From positions 1 to 27,316 of IMG/VR virus record IMGVR_UViG_3300015366_000034: a stretch of DNA of 27,316 nt. One strand, written 5' to 3'. The notes below the pieces were generated by a model. That model was given only the letters and a program-made list of their open reading frames with translations. It was not told the origin of the DNA and searched no databases. A program made the position numbers and the translations under genes. The stretch's first letter is position 1. Each line of letters opens with the position of its first letter. This DNA is from a virus (Duplodnaviria > Caudoviricetes). This document shows positions 9,303 to 18,092 of this stretch, one piece after another.

Positions 9303-9935
9303 TTATACGACAGCAGTTGTTGCCGCATTAAATTGTGTATATGACAAGGTAACACGAACAATCGTGTAGCTGTCACCCCAAGCGTTGTCCACATATGGTG
9401 CAAGATCAACAACGCGCATTTGTCCTTGAGCGGCATTAGACTGAGCAGAAGCTGAGGCTAATGTGCATTGTGACAGACCAGTGGTTGTAGAACCATTGGT
9501 AATGTTGCTGAAGTTGTACTCGCCACCAATTGCGGTTTGCGCCATAGATCCGTCGGCTTGAATTTCATAAACGATGTTAGGGTCGTTGTAGAAGTAAGCT
9601 ACGCATGAACCAGTTTGGAATGCTGTAGAAGCAGGCCAGTAGTTGGATACGCGACGACGTCCTGTTGTGTCCGTGAACTCAACACCAGCGAACGCACCAG
9701 TGACTTGATAGCCAGAGGAAGCGGCACTGTTGCCAGGTGTAGCGGCAGGTATGATAGTACCGTTAGTAGCACCAGTTGAACCAACTGTAGCGGCTACGGC
9801 ATAAACGATTGGTTGACCTTTAAGAATGTTAACGGCCAATCCAGAGGTAATTCCGTTAGCTAGCGCCTGTGCGCGGTCCAAACCAGAGGGGTGGAACGCA
9901 GGACGCAAGCCGAACGGAGCAGAGGTTGAACTCAT
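9303..9935 (-). CDS. Putative capsid cement / minor head protein
   Basis: 210 aa. APFGLRP start, GAFAGVEFTD, DPNIVYEIQAD, GSTTTGLS; immediately upstream of the capsid gene. Confidence 0.6.
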   Translation of the reverse strand: MSSTSAPFGLRPAFHPSGLDRAQALANGITSGLAVNILKGQPIVYAVAATVGSTGATNGTIIPAATPGNSAASSGYQVTGAFAGVEFTDTTGRRRVSNYWPASTAFQTGSCVAYFYNDPNIVYEIQADGSMAQTAIGGEYNFSNITNGSTTTGLSQCTLASASAQSNAAQGQMRVVDLAPYVDNAWGDSYTIVRVTLSYTQFNAATTAVV

Positions 9936-9948
9936 AAATACTCCTTAG

Positions 9949-10494
9949 TTAACCCGAAAATACGGGCGTTTTGCTTGGTTGATTAACAACACTACCAATT
10001 CCTTCGCCTTCAACATTCACAAGCGACTTGCCGTTGCTATCTCTTTGCCCTTGGAGACTTTCCAATTGAACACGGATCTTGTCCGCTTCTTCACGAGGCT
10101 TTTCATGATGTTGATACAACATGACCTCTTGGTAAATATCCATCGGCAATTTAAACAGCAACATCTCGTTGCACGAAATATACCCAATATTCTCACCTGA
10201 TTTAACACGGTAATCTTCATAACCTGGTAACTCTTCAGACTTAACTGGTACGTACCCTAGGCGAATCCGCTTATCGATTGAATCGTAAGTATTGGTTGTC
10301 GAAAGCCAGCAAAGGTGCCACCCATCCATGTTGGGCAGTTTTGGCAATGCTGATTGCGTCCACTCCTCGCTCCACATACGTTTACGTTCCTGCGTAGAAA
10401 TGAACTTTTCTTCTGGTGCCTGGTGACTTGCTTCCCCGTTAGAACGGTCTTCGCGCGAGCCAGACTTCAAAGATTTTTTAAGACGTGATTCCAT
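9949..10494 (-). CDS. Conserved hypothetical head-module protein
   Basis: Start moved to MESRLKK (GGAG upstream). GWHLCWLS...RIRLGYVPV...MLLFKLP; lies between scaffold and capsid genes. Confidence 0.7.
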   Translation of the reverse strand: MESRLKKSLKSGSREDRSNGEASHQAPEEKFISTQERKRMWSEEWTQSALPKLPNMDGWHLCWLSTTNTYDSIDKRIRLGYVPVKSEELPGYEDYRVKSGENIGYISCNEMLLFKLPMDIYQEVMLYQHHEKPREEADKIRVQLESLQGQRDSNGKSLVNVEGEGIGSVVNQPSKTPVFSG

Positions 10495-10512
10495 AATATG
10501 TTTCTCCAAGTA

Positions 10513-11502
10513 TTAATTGCGGTTCTGACGGTCGTACTTCATGAAGCTTTCGACCATTGCTTTTTTGCGAACTGGGTTATCCCAAGCCCCTGCTTCTTTC
10601 ATTGCCTTAACCCTCTCAGGTGAAAGCACGAACTGGGATGTATTTCTACCCCCATATGCCGCAGATGCTTCTCGTCCAGAACTTCCCACAACATTCCTCG
10701 GTTTACGTACAACAGAATCATTGTCCGTTGATGCATTGTAACGATGTGGCAGTGATTTTTGCAAGCGACTATCTAATTCTTCCCAATAATCTTTATCGGA
10801 TGGGTCCCAACCCTCTACAACCATAGCTTCATCATGCTTCTTAGCAATCATTGAATCGCGGTCTGTAGCGTTCGGGTTATACCAATTATTACGTCGCATC
10901 CACTCTGCCGCATTGCGCTGAACCGCTGGATCGGGCGGTACAAAGTCATCGTTTTTATCTCTCTGGCGTGGCGTCTCTGCCATTTGTTGCCTGTAATGAC
11001 TTAACTGCGCAATCTCTTGCTTAGCGCTGGTAAAAAGCTCTTGAGCCTCAACCATTGCCTGCCCGTCATTGGAGCTTACAGCCTCCGCCAGCTTCATTTT
11101 TGCGTATTCCAAGCGTACTTGGCTGTCTTCGATGCTTTTGTCAATCCGCAACACATCATTTTGACGGGTGCGGTCTTCAACACTAGCCAAACGACGCTTG
11201 AACTCTTCGTTTTCACGTTGTAACTGTTGTAAACGAAGGTCTTTCTCCTCATTCGTCTTGCGAATTAGGTCTTTTTTGGCTCTTCTGCGGTTTCTTTTTG
11301 CAGAACGTAAAGCCTCGTCATCATCTGGGTGGTCTTGATCATCCTTATCTACCTCTCCACCCTGCTCCTTGTGCGATTCAATCGCGCTTGGCTGTTCATT
11401 TTCATCATCAATGTGCATATCTGCGGGTATATCTACCACCGCAGAGCCATCTTTCTCTTCCAAAATGTCCAGTTCTGCTGAATCTTTTGTATCAGTTGCC
11501 AT
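10513..11502 (-). CDS. Putative scaffolding protein
   Basis: 329 aa. Acidic N-terminus, long coiled coil, AAEWMRRNNWY, YWEELDSRL, C-terminal LSPERVKAMK; canonical position. Confidence 0.7.
   Translation of the reverse strand: MATDTKDSAELDILEEKDGSAVVDIPADMHIDDENEQPSAIESHKEQGGEVDKDDQDHPDDDEALRSAKRNRRRAKKDLIRKTNEEKDLRLQQLQRENEEFKRRLASVEDRTRQNDVLRIDKSIEDSQVRLEYAKMKLAEAVSSNDGQAMVEAQELFTSAKQEIAQLSHYRQQMAETPRQRDKNDDFVPPDPAVQRNAAEWMRRNNWYNPNATDRDSMIAKKHDEAMVVEGWDPSDKDYWEELDSRLQKSLPHRYNASTDNDSVVRKPRNVVGSSGREASAAYGGRNTSQFVLSPERVKAMKEAGAWDNPVRKKAMVESFMKYDRQNRN
11373..11385. repeat. Palindrome GCGATTCAATCGC (copy 2)
   Basis: Perfect 6-1-6 inverted repeat inside the scaffold CDS. Confidence 0.9.
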
Positions 11503-11514
11503 GATTGTGTCCTT

Positions 11515-11982
11515 TTATACGTAAACTTTGAACGATAGCGGGTCATCTGTGACCGCCGCAATCAGTTCATGGTCGTTGAGTGTCATGAATAGCACTGGGT
11601 CTGGGTATTCTTCGTTAACCTCGCCAGGAACTAATCGCTCCCAACGATCTCCACCCCACCTAGGCACCCGAACATAGTCACCAATCTCAGCCCATGAGCC
11701 TTCGACCCAGGGTTGCATAGTGTCTTTGTTCTTAAACGCCAATGGACCAATCGCCACGATCTTACCGATCATGTTGTTCCACTTTTCGTTTTCTTTGGTT
11801 TCATCAACAATGATGATGCGGCCACGTTTCTTTTTAATTCGACGCAGTTGCACAATCACTCGACCACCGTATGGACGTTGTCCAGGGTTTACGTCTGGGA
11901 ATGCCCATGCCAGTTCAACTGGATCAGGCACACCCTCATTCCCGCCAATCGTTTGGATCGGGTCTTTTACTTCATCACTCAT
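11515..11982 (-). CDS. groES: GroES/Cpn10-like co-chaperonin
   Basis: 155 aa. RPYGGRVIV, GRIII, GKIVAIGP, IGDYV and LNDHELIAAV match the Cpn10 pattern. Confidence 0.8.
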   Translation of the reverse strand: MSDEVKDPIQTIGGNEGVPDPVELAWAFPDVNPGQRPYGGRVIVQLRRIKKKRGRIIIVDETKENEKWNNMIGKIVAIGPLAFKNKDTMQPWVEGSWAEIGDYVRVPRWGGDRWERLVPGEVNEEYPDPVLFMTLNDHELIAAVTDDPLSFKVYV

Positions 11983-11998
11983 ACTAACTCCTAAAAAT

Positions 11999-12061
11999 CA
12001 CCATATTTCAGGTGCATCATTGAAGCGCTTTTCAGCGCGGCCTCAGTCCTTTAGGGGGACT
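11999..12061 (-). promoter_or_regulatory. Structured leader with three short hairpins upstream of the groES-like gene
   Basis: Minus strand AGTCC/GGACT, GCGCT-GAAA-AGCGC and CACC-TGAAATAT-GGTG, followed by an AGGAG RBS. Confidence 0.5.
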
Positions 12062-12240
12062 TATTCTTGATTTCGTTCTTCGTCTAACATTCGGTTTATT
12101 TGATCAAGGACGTATTGCAATCCCTGATTCTCGCCAACCATGCGTTGATACGACTCCCACGTGCTGGCATTACCTTGCGCAAGAGACGTTCCGATTTCAG
12201 CCTGGTGCAGTTTGATCACATGGATCAAGGATGAAATCAT
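12061..12240 (-). CDS. Small helical protein (59 aa) between portal and groES
   Basis: Below the ORF-track cutoff. MISSLIHVIKLHQAEIGTSLAQGNASTWESYQRMVGENQGLQYVLDQINRMLDEERNQE; ATGA overlap with the upstream gene. Confidence 0.75.
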   Translation of the reverse strand: MISSLIHVIKLHQAEIGTSLAQGNASTWESYQRMVGENQGLQYVLDQINRMLDEERNQE

Positions 12241-12374
12241 TTCTTTTTAGCTTGTGATAAACCACCTTGGGGTTTCTTACCGCCAGCCATGCTTTGGCCG
12301 TTGATAGGCGCACCCTGGGCTAGACGTTTGTGTAGTGGCACGTTAATGCTTTTTTGTTCTTGATCACTGGCCAT
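12237..12374 (-). CDS. Small basic protein (45 aa)
   Basis: Start moved to MASDQEQKS (AGGAGG RBS); overlaps the portal stop and is coupled to the next gene. Confidence 0.65.
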   Translation of the reverse strand: MASDQEQKSINVPLHKRLAQGAPINGQSMAGGKKPQGGLSQAKKK

Positions 12375-14832
12375 TTGAGCCTCCTTGTTGTTGTGGCGCT
12401 TGCGCCGTTGGTGCCGCGGTTGCGGCGGGTGGTGGCGCAATTGGTTGCACCATGTTTGATATAGCCTCGTGAGTCAGTTTAGCATTCTCAATGTCAATCT
12501 TTGTTTGATTTTCCATTTGTGCCTTCTGAGCTTCCATAGCCATCTTGGCTTGGTCAATAGCCTGCTTAGCCTTGTCAGCCGCGGACTTGCGTTGTGTCTC
12601 AGCCATGCTTGTGTCTTTAACGACTTGCGCATCAGGTGGTAACTGCTGTTGCTGATTCTGTATACGTTGTTGAGCTTGTTGAATCAATTTCTGGAACGAT
12701 GGCATAAACTGCTCAAACACTTCTTGAGCATCTAAATTGATATGGCCACCAACAGTTGTGTACAACTTATCTAACGTAGACGTCATCCTTGGATCGTCAT
12801 AATTCTCAACAGGCTTACCCTTGTTAGCTTGAGCCACATAGCCATTGGATCTGTTCAAGTACCAAAGAGTCATGTGTTGCTTTATGTGCTCAATCAAATG
12901 GTTTAGATAGTTTGGATCAGCAAATGGAGACTGACCAAAGTAAGGATTTAGTCCAAACTGTAAGTGATCTTGAATATGCGCAATATGGTCTTGCTGTATA
13001 TAGGCATAAGCAGGTTGGCCCAATATCATTGCCGCATTTTCGTCCGCACTTGTGCGCTGTTCTGGCGCTGGAGTATCTTTCATCAACTCATTGATGTCTG
13101 GCACCTTCATTTGTTTCAAGAATCTGGACAACACTTTGTTCATATTAAACTCATCTGGATGCTTTTCAGCAAGTGCCAGTACAGCCTGGTTTTGAGCCAT
13201 GCGCTGAGTTTCAGAGAATATGTGCGGGTCAGAGACTGGAACTACGTCCGTGTTACGTGCAAAGTCTTCACGGTTAATCTCTAGGTCAGCAACAACCTCA
13301 GACTTGCGCATTTCGTCAAAATGCCAACGGTTGAGCCTGCAAAGTATTTTCAGTACACGGCCTTGGCTTTCATGCAGTCGTGCATGGATAGCGCTGAACA
13401 CCGCGGCGCCTTGCTCAATCAAAGCTTGGGTGGTGCCTACAGGCGCGTTTTGGTTGATGTCAGCGATCTTTTCTTCGCTGGTGCTCACTACCCCCTTAGC
13501 CGCTGTGTCAAGCCAGCCTAGAAGCTGAAATAGGACCTGGCTAGGTGGGTTAAAAGGCATGGGCATGGCGATTTGGCGGATGTCCTGGACACCAGGTGCG
13601 CCTTCAATCTCAACAATCTGTGTAACTTCTACTTGTTGGGACTGTCCGCTGATTTTTGCTCCTTTGAGCTTGAGCATGGTAGCAGAATTGTTGATATGAG
13701 CACTATCCAACAATGCACGAAGAGACCCAGTAAGAGCGGCAGAAAGACCGCCGATAAGATGAGGTAAACCGATTGCATACGCTCCCCTCCATGGTATGAA
13801 CTTAAACTCAACGATCCAATCCAACTTGGTCATTGTCTCGTCTTGCTCTTCCCAGTTACGGTACAAACCAACAACTTGATGACTCAACTCGTCCACCATC
13901 ATGATGTACGGAGCCATCTTGCCTTTGCTGTACTTGTCATCTTCTAGTTCTAAATACGTGTAGATGTGATAAACCTTACGCAGTCCATCTTCATTGTCTT
14001 CGTACTTCTTACCTTCAATTTTGTTGTTAGCCTTCTGTACTTTAGTCGACTCAATCTCTTGGGTAGCCTTTGAGAACTCAATGTCACGGTACATACCGCT
14101 CTCTACCCTGCGATTGAACTCCCAGTGAGTTATCTCATGCATCTCAGCCGCGCGCTGAGCCGTGTAGAAGTTTGATGCCGCAAAGGGCAGTATGACTCGG
14201 TCAATCGGTAAGAACTCCACGCAAGGGCGCTTCTTTTCCTCGTCAAACCATAACTTAAAGTATTGTGAGCCACCTAATGGCAACTGAGTCAGTAACTGCT
14301 CTTGCTCATCTCTGAACTCTTCAATCTGCTCGGTAATTTGCCAATTTAGGTAATCGCGTTTGCGCTCAGCGCGTTCGCCCTTAATCTCATCCATCTTGCC
14401 GATAATCTTAGTCCGTACGGGACCGTCAGGAGGAAACATCTCTTTAATGGCACGTGCCGCAAAGTCCACACACCCTTCAGCCATAGCGGGATGAACGACC
14501 TTAGAAGCACCCATAAAGGTAGCACCTCCAGGGGCATCATTGCCCATACCAGTGCGCCTAATACCTTCTTCATACTGTTTGTCTCGTAAATCACGTGCTT
14601 CTTTATCTTTCTGTAATAGGTCTATGTATCTTGAAGCTAGCGTGTTTAACTCAAACTCTTCATGATCTTCTGCCATGTTGGAATAAAAGTCAGGATTGAC
14701 CTCAGGACCATCTTCGGCAGTATTAACTATTGCACTACCATCAGGCATCTCTTCAATGTCAAGATCTTCTTGGGGCAGGTCTACTAAAGCACTGCCGTCT
14801 TCGTTTTCGGTATATTCTGGTTCTTGAGCCAT
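12364..14832 (-). CDS. Portal protein (P22-like, long C-terminal helical extension)
   Basis: 822 aa. GASKVVHP, LPLGGSQYFK, GAYAIGLPHLIGG, LRALLDSA, APVGTTQALIEQG and IHARLH; Gln-rich coiled-coil tail. Confidence 0.88.
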   Translation of the reverse strand: MAQEPEYTENEDGSALVDLPQEDLDIEEMPDGSAIVNTAEDGPEVNPDFYSNMAEDHEEFELNTLASRYIDLLQKDKEARDLRDKQYEEGIRRTGMGNDAPGGATFMGASKVVHPAMAEGCVDFAARAIKEMFPPDGPVRTKIIGKMDEIKGERAERKRDYLNWQITEQIEEFRDEQEQLLTQLPLGGSQYFKLWFDEEKKRPCVEFLPIDRVILPFAASNFYTAQRAAEMHEITHWEFNRRVESGMYRDIEFSKATQEIESTKVQKANNKIEGKKYEDNEDGLRKVYHIYTYLELEDDKYSKGKMAPYIMMVDELSHQVVGLYRNWEEQDETMTKLDWIVEFKFIPWRGAYAIGLPHLIGGLSAALTGSLRALLDSAHINNSATMLKLKGAKISGQSQQVEVTQIVEIEGAPGVQDIRQIAMPMPFNPPSQVLFQLLGWLDTAAKGVVSTSEEKIADINQNAPVGTTQALIEQGAAVFSAIHARLHESQGRVLKILCRLNRWHFDEMRKSEVVADLEINREDFARNTDVVPVSDPHIFSETQRMAQNQAVLALAEKHPDEFNMNKVLSRFLKQMKVPDINELMKDTPAPEQRTSADENAAMILGQPAYAYIQQDHIAHIQDHLQFGLNPYFGQSPFADPNYLNHLIEHIKQHMTLWYLNRSNGYVAQANKGKPVENYDDPRMTSTLDKLYTTVGGHINLDAQEVFEQFMPSFQKLIQQAQQRIQNQQQQLPPDAQVVKDTSMAETQRKSAADKAKQAIDQAKMAMEAQKAQMENQTKIDIENAKLTHEAISNMVQPIAPPPAATAAPTAQAPQQQGGSNGQ

Positions 14833-17800
14833 TATTTAGCCTTTTTAGGTTTGCGCATCAATTGTAGTTTCATTGTGTCAAGATTTGTGGTTTCTTTAAC
14901 TTTGCCGCCCTTTTTCATTCCCATGCGCTCTTTTCCAGTTAAAACCATATCTCTAGCTGTTTCAGGTGTGACCCCCAAACGCTTGGCAGTCAATCCAATT
15001 TGCTTGGCAATCAATTCAAGCTTGGGCGCTCCGATAGGGGTTGTTACACCAGTTTGTGGGGAGAATGCGCCCCATGCGCGAGCTTGTGCAGGTACTGACT
15101 CTAATCCAAGCTTAGCCGCAATGTTATGTTGCCACCAAGGTGCAAGTTGACTCATCTCTGGTGTGCTCACACTTGCCCCAGGAACAACTTCTACACCTTT
15201 AATAGTCTTTGGGTTACGTGTATCAGCCAACCCAACTGCACGACTCCAGTGCGCATCACCTACTGGTGTACGCGTCTGAAATCCTGTTGCAGGCACTCCA
15301 GATGCCTCAATGTACATTGGTACTTTGGGGCTCTCCATAGTAACTGATCCATGCGTTAAGAAGTTTTTCATGGGCAAAGCATGTGCCGTCTTATGTGCCA
15401 AATGACCTGGGACATCTCCAAAATCCGCTGATCTATTTGGATCACGCTTTCCTCCATGCTTAACAAACTCATCAAATCTACCTTGATTTTGTAAATAATA
15501 AGCTAATGAACCGCGTGGTATCTCAGTATTTACTTCGCTGGATGATGATGCCATACCCATCAATGCATTCATCTTTTTGTACTCTTCAGTTGCCTTTTGC
15601 AAACCAAGCAGTTTAACCATGTGATCAAACATTGGATCCATGTAATACCAAGGATCCATGCCATGTACTAGACCTTGATGCTTACCAGCCTCTGACATCA
15701 CATCTAACAAGCGTTGTTCATTGCGCTTATTCATCACGCCTTCAGTTGCCTCTGATCCTCTAGGGTTAGCCGCGGCTCCTGGCAACATCCCCAAATGTGG
15801 CATGCCTTGACGTCCATGTGATTGCTGATACATGTCAGCACGGGTAACCCCAAACAATTGTTTAAGTAATGGATCTTCAGGAGCAACTCTAGATGCGGCC
15901 AAAGCGGCGATTTCTTTGGGATCACCATAGATGCCTGGGTATGCCATACGCTGTGCATTCTTTACCGTTTGTCTTTTCTTACTTACACTTCCTTTAGATG
16001 AATAGTGATCTACCCCACCGCCTTCAGCCATCTGTTTTGGAGGTGTCATAGCATTCATTGCCTGACCCTGCGGTGTCATCTGCAAGATGTTGCTAGGTTG
16101 CTGTTGTCCAGGGCTCGATTGTCCAGCACTCAAAGGGGAGGGCGCTCCTTGACCAGCAGGTTGTTGCATCTGTGGCATCATCTGTTGTCCAGGCTGTTGG
16201 GTATTCATATCAATACCACCAATTGGCAACTGCTGATTGTTCATGCTCACCCCACCAGGGGACATGGCATTACCATGGTCAGGGTTTACATAAGCCTTTA
16301 CGCCCATGCTAGGAGCTTCCTCTGCACCAATGTTTTGTAAGTCTGTGTACGGGAACTTTCCGTTAGACATTAGCGCCATGCGCATGTGGTTTACTGATGG
16401 TTGCACGTTGCCTCCTTCGGCTTTGTGTTGTACGCGTGTTTTTAACCACTCTTGGAATGGCATGATTTGTTCTAAAGGCAATCGAGACATCTGCTTTTCG
16501 TACTCGTCATTAATCTTAACTCTTGCCTCAATTTCTGATTTTACTTGGTTAAAGCGGGCTCTGTGTTGTTCTGGTATTCCACCACCTTCAGCATACAGAG
16601 GCAGTCCATTAGTCAGTACGTCTTTACGCATGTCTTCTGTGATGGGGAAGTGATGCAATTGTGTTGTTGGTGCTGGCTTTGCTGTTTGCCCCGGCAAGGT
16701 TAAATTGTTTGGATTGTTTGCTGAAGGTTTTTTAATTGTGTGGCCATTCAACTCTGTCTTCACGCCGTACTTCTTGCCGATGCTGTTCAGGATGTTGGGA
16801 ACCTTCTTGTCGTAGAAGCCTTTCATCCCTTCGCCGCCAATGTTTAGATCTTCACCCTCCAAGAAGTGATGATCACCAACCTTTGGTGCCGCAAGCAAGC
16901 GCTGTGCCGCCTCTTTGCCAATCAATTCGGCCACTCGATCTGGGTTGGCATCTTTTTCATTGACCACGGTTTCGCGGTTGGGCTTGAATGCCTGAAAGCG
17001 CTTTTCACCAGGATGATATGAAACCATTCCAATGTGCTTGGCCAACCCATAGCGATCAGCCTGCTCCGCACCTGGCGTCACCACGATGCCGTGATAGCCC
17101 TTCTCTGCCGCATGATGGATCAGACGCTTGAGCGCCATCTCTTCCCAGTTCTTTTTGAATGGGGCATCTGGTACGCCATTTATGTTTTTAGATTCTTCTT
17201 TGTCAAGTGTTTGTTTTAATTCTTGGTAATTATTACCAATTTCTTTTTGACGTGCTAATAAAGGTGCTTTTTCTGCATCTGTTTTAGCATGGAAAATTTG
17301 TAATGTTAAATCTTGAAATTCTTTTGATTCATCATTGATTTGTTTGTTTATACTTGCAATTTTTGCAGAATTATCACTTTCTTTGTACCCATTCTCACGC
17401 CCCTTTTGATGCCAGTCTGACTGCAACTCTTCTAGGTGTAGTAGCTTCTCACCGTTGGGGCCTTTGCGGTCTTTGAGGCGCATGCTGGCAAGGATATCAG
17501 GCTCACCACCGAAGTGGCTTCCGACGCCTTTAAATCCTTCCATTCCCTCTGGAGCCTTGATCAACATCTCACGGTAGTTCTCGCCACCAGGTAGTGTCAA
17601 TCCTCTATGATGAGAAGTGTCTTCATCAACCACTTTATCAATTCTCATCTGCTCTTCATGATTCAACTTTCCATAAGGCACACCATAATAATCCTCGGCT
17701 ATCTCATTGGCTTTTTGAAAGAACTCTGAATCACTTATCTTTCCCAATACCTTCTCATGGATTGCTGGCGCAGGATTCTTACTTGCCAATTCTGCAACCA

Positions 17801-18092
17801 TTGATCTAGGGATAGATTTAGCACCCTTGACACTTGTCGTCTCAAAGTACGGCTCGACGATCTCGGTGCGACCTTTATTGTCTGGATTTTTAAGCTTGAC
17901 AGTACGCTCACGAGGAATCAATGGAGCACCAATAGCTTGATCCATCCTTCTGTCAATTAACTCTTGTGGCTTTACACCCAACTTCAATAAGTGGTTGACC
18001 ACCTGCTCTGGGCTTGCCTTCTCTGGCAGAGATGCCAACGCACGGTCAAGCGCCGAGTGGAACGGTTTACCTTTTCCAACGAGTTCGGTCAT
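14832..18092 (-). CDS. Large multidomain (polyvalent-type) protein, putative internal/ejected virion protein
   Basis: 1086 aa. N-terminal domain with LPGGENYRE, LEELQSDWHQKGR, PDAPFK, GMKGFYD; AEGG linkers; Q/P/M-rich tract; distinct C-terminal helical domain. Confidence 0.7.
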   Translation of the reverse strand: MTELVGKGKPFHSALDRALASLPEKASPEQVVNHLLKLGVKPQELIDRRMDQAIGAPLIPRERTVKLKNPDNKGRTEIVEPYFETTSVKGAKSIPRSMVAELASKNPAPAIHEKVLGKISDSEFFQKANEIAEDYYGVPYGKLNHEEQMRIDKVVDEDTSHHRGLTLPGGENYREMLIKAPEGMEGFKGVGSHFGGEPDILASMRLKDRKGPNGEKLLHLEELQSDWHQKGRENGYKESDNSAKIASINKQINDESKEFQDLTLQIFHAKTDAEKAPLLARQKEIGNNYQELKQTLDKEESKNINGVPDAPFKKNWEEMALKRLIHHAAEKGYHGIVVTPGAEQADRYGLAKHIGMVSYHPGEKRFQAFKPNRETVVNEKDANPDRVAELIGKEAAQRLLAAPKVGDHHFLEGEDLNIGGEGMKGFYDKKVPNILNSIGKKYGVKTELNGHTIKKPSANNPNNLTLPGQTAKPAPTTQLHHFPITEDMRKDVLTNGLPLYAEGGGIPEQHRARFNQVKSEIEARVKINDEYEKQMSRLPLEQIMPFQEWLKTRVQHKAEGGNVQPSVNHMRMALMSNGKFPYTDLQNIGAEEAPSMGVKAYVNPDHGNAMSPGGVSMNNQQLPIGGIDMNTQQPGQQMMPQMQQPAGQGAPSPLSAGQSSPGQQQPSNILQMTPQGQAMNAMTPPKQMAEGGGVDHYSSKGSVSKKRQTVKNAQRMAYPGIYGDPKEIAALAASRVAPEDPLLKQLFGVTRADMYQQSHGRQGMPHLGMLPGAAANPRGSEATEGVMNKRNEQRLLDVMSEAGKHQGLVHGMDPWYYMDPMFDHMVKLLGLQKATEEYKKMNALMGMASSSSEVNTEIPRGSLAYYLQNQGRFDEFVKHGGKRDPNRSADFGDVPGHLAHKTAHALPMKNFLTHGSVTMESPKVPMYIEASGVPATGFQTRTPVGDAHWSRAVGLADTRNPKTIKGVEVVPGASVSTPEMSQLAPWWQHNIAAKLGLESVPAQARAWGAFSPQTGVTTPIGAPKLELIAKQIGLTAKRLGVTPETARDMVLTGKERMGMKKGGKVKETTNLDTMKLQLMRKPKKAK

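Noticed and set aside
11983-12061. tRNA or known riboswitch in the structured intergenic region
   Set aside because: There is no cloverleaf, T-loop or aptamer consensus that I can recognise; it is kept only as an unclassified structured leader.
16030-16270. Gln/Pro/Met-rich tract as a tandem DNA repeat or DGR variable region
   Set aside because: It is protein-level low complexity only. I saw no template/variable repeat pair and no reverse transcriptase.
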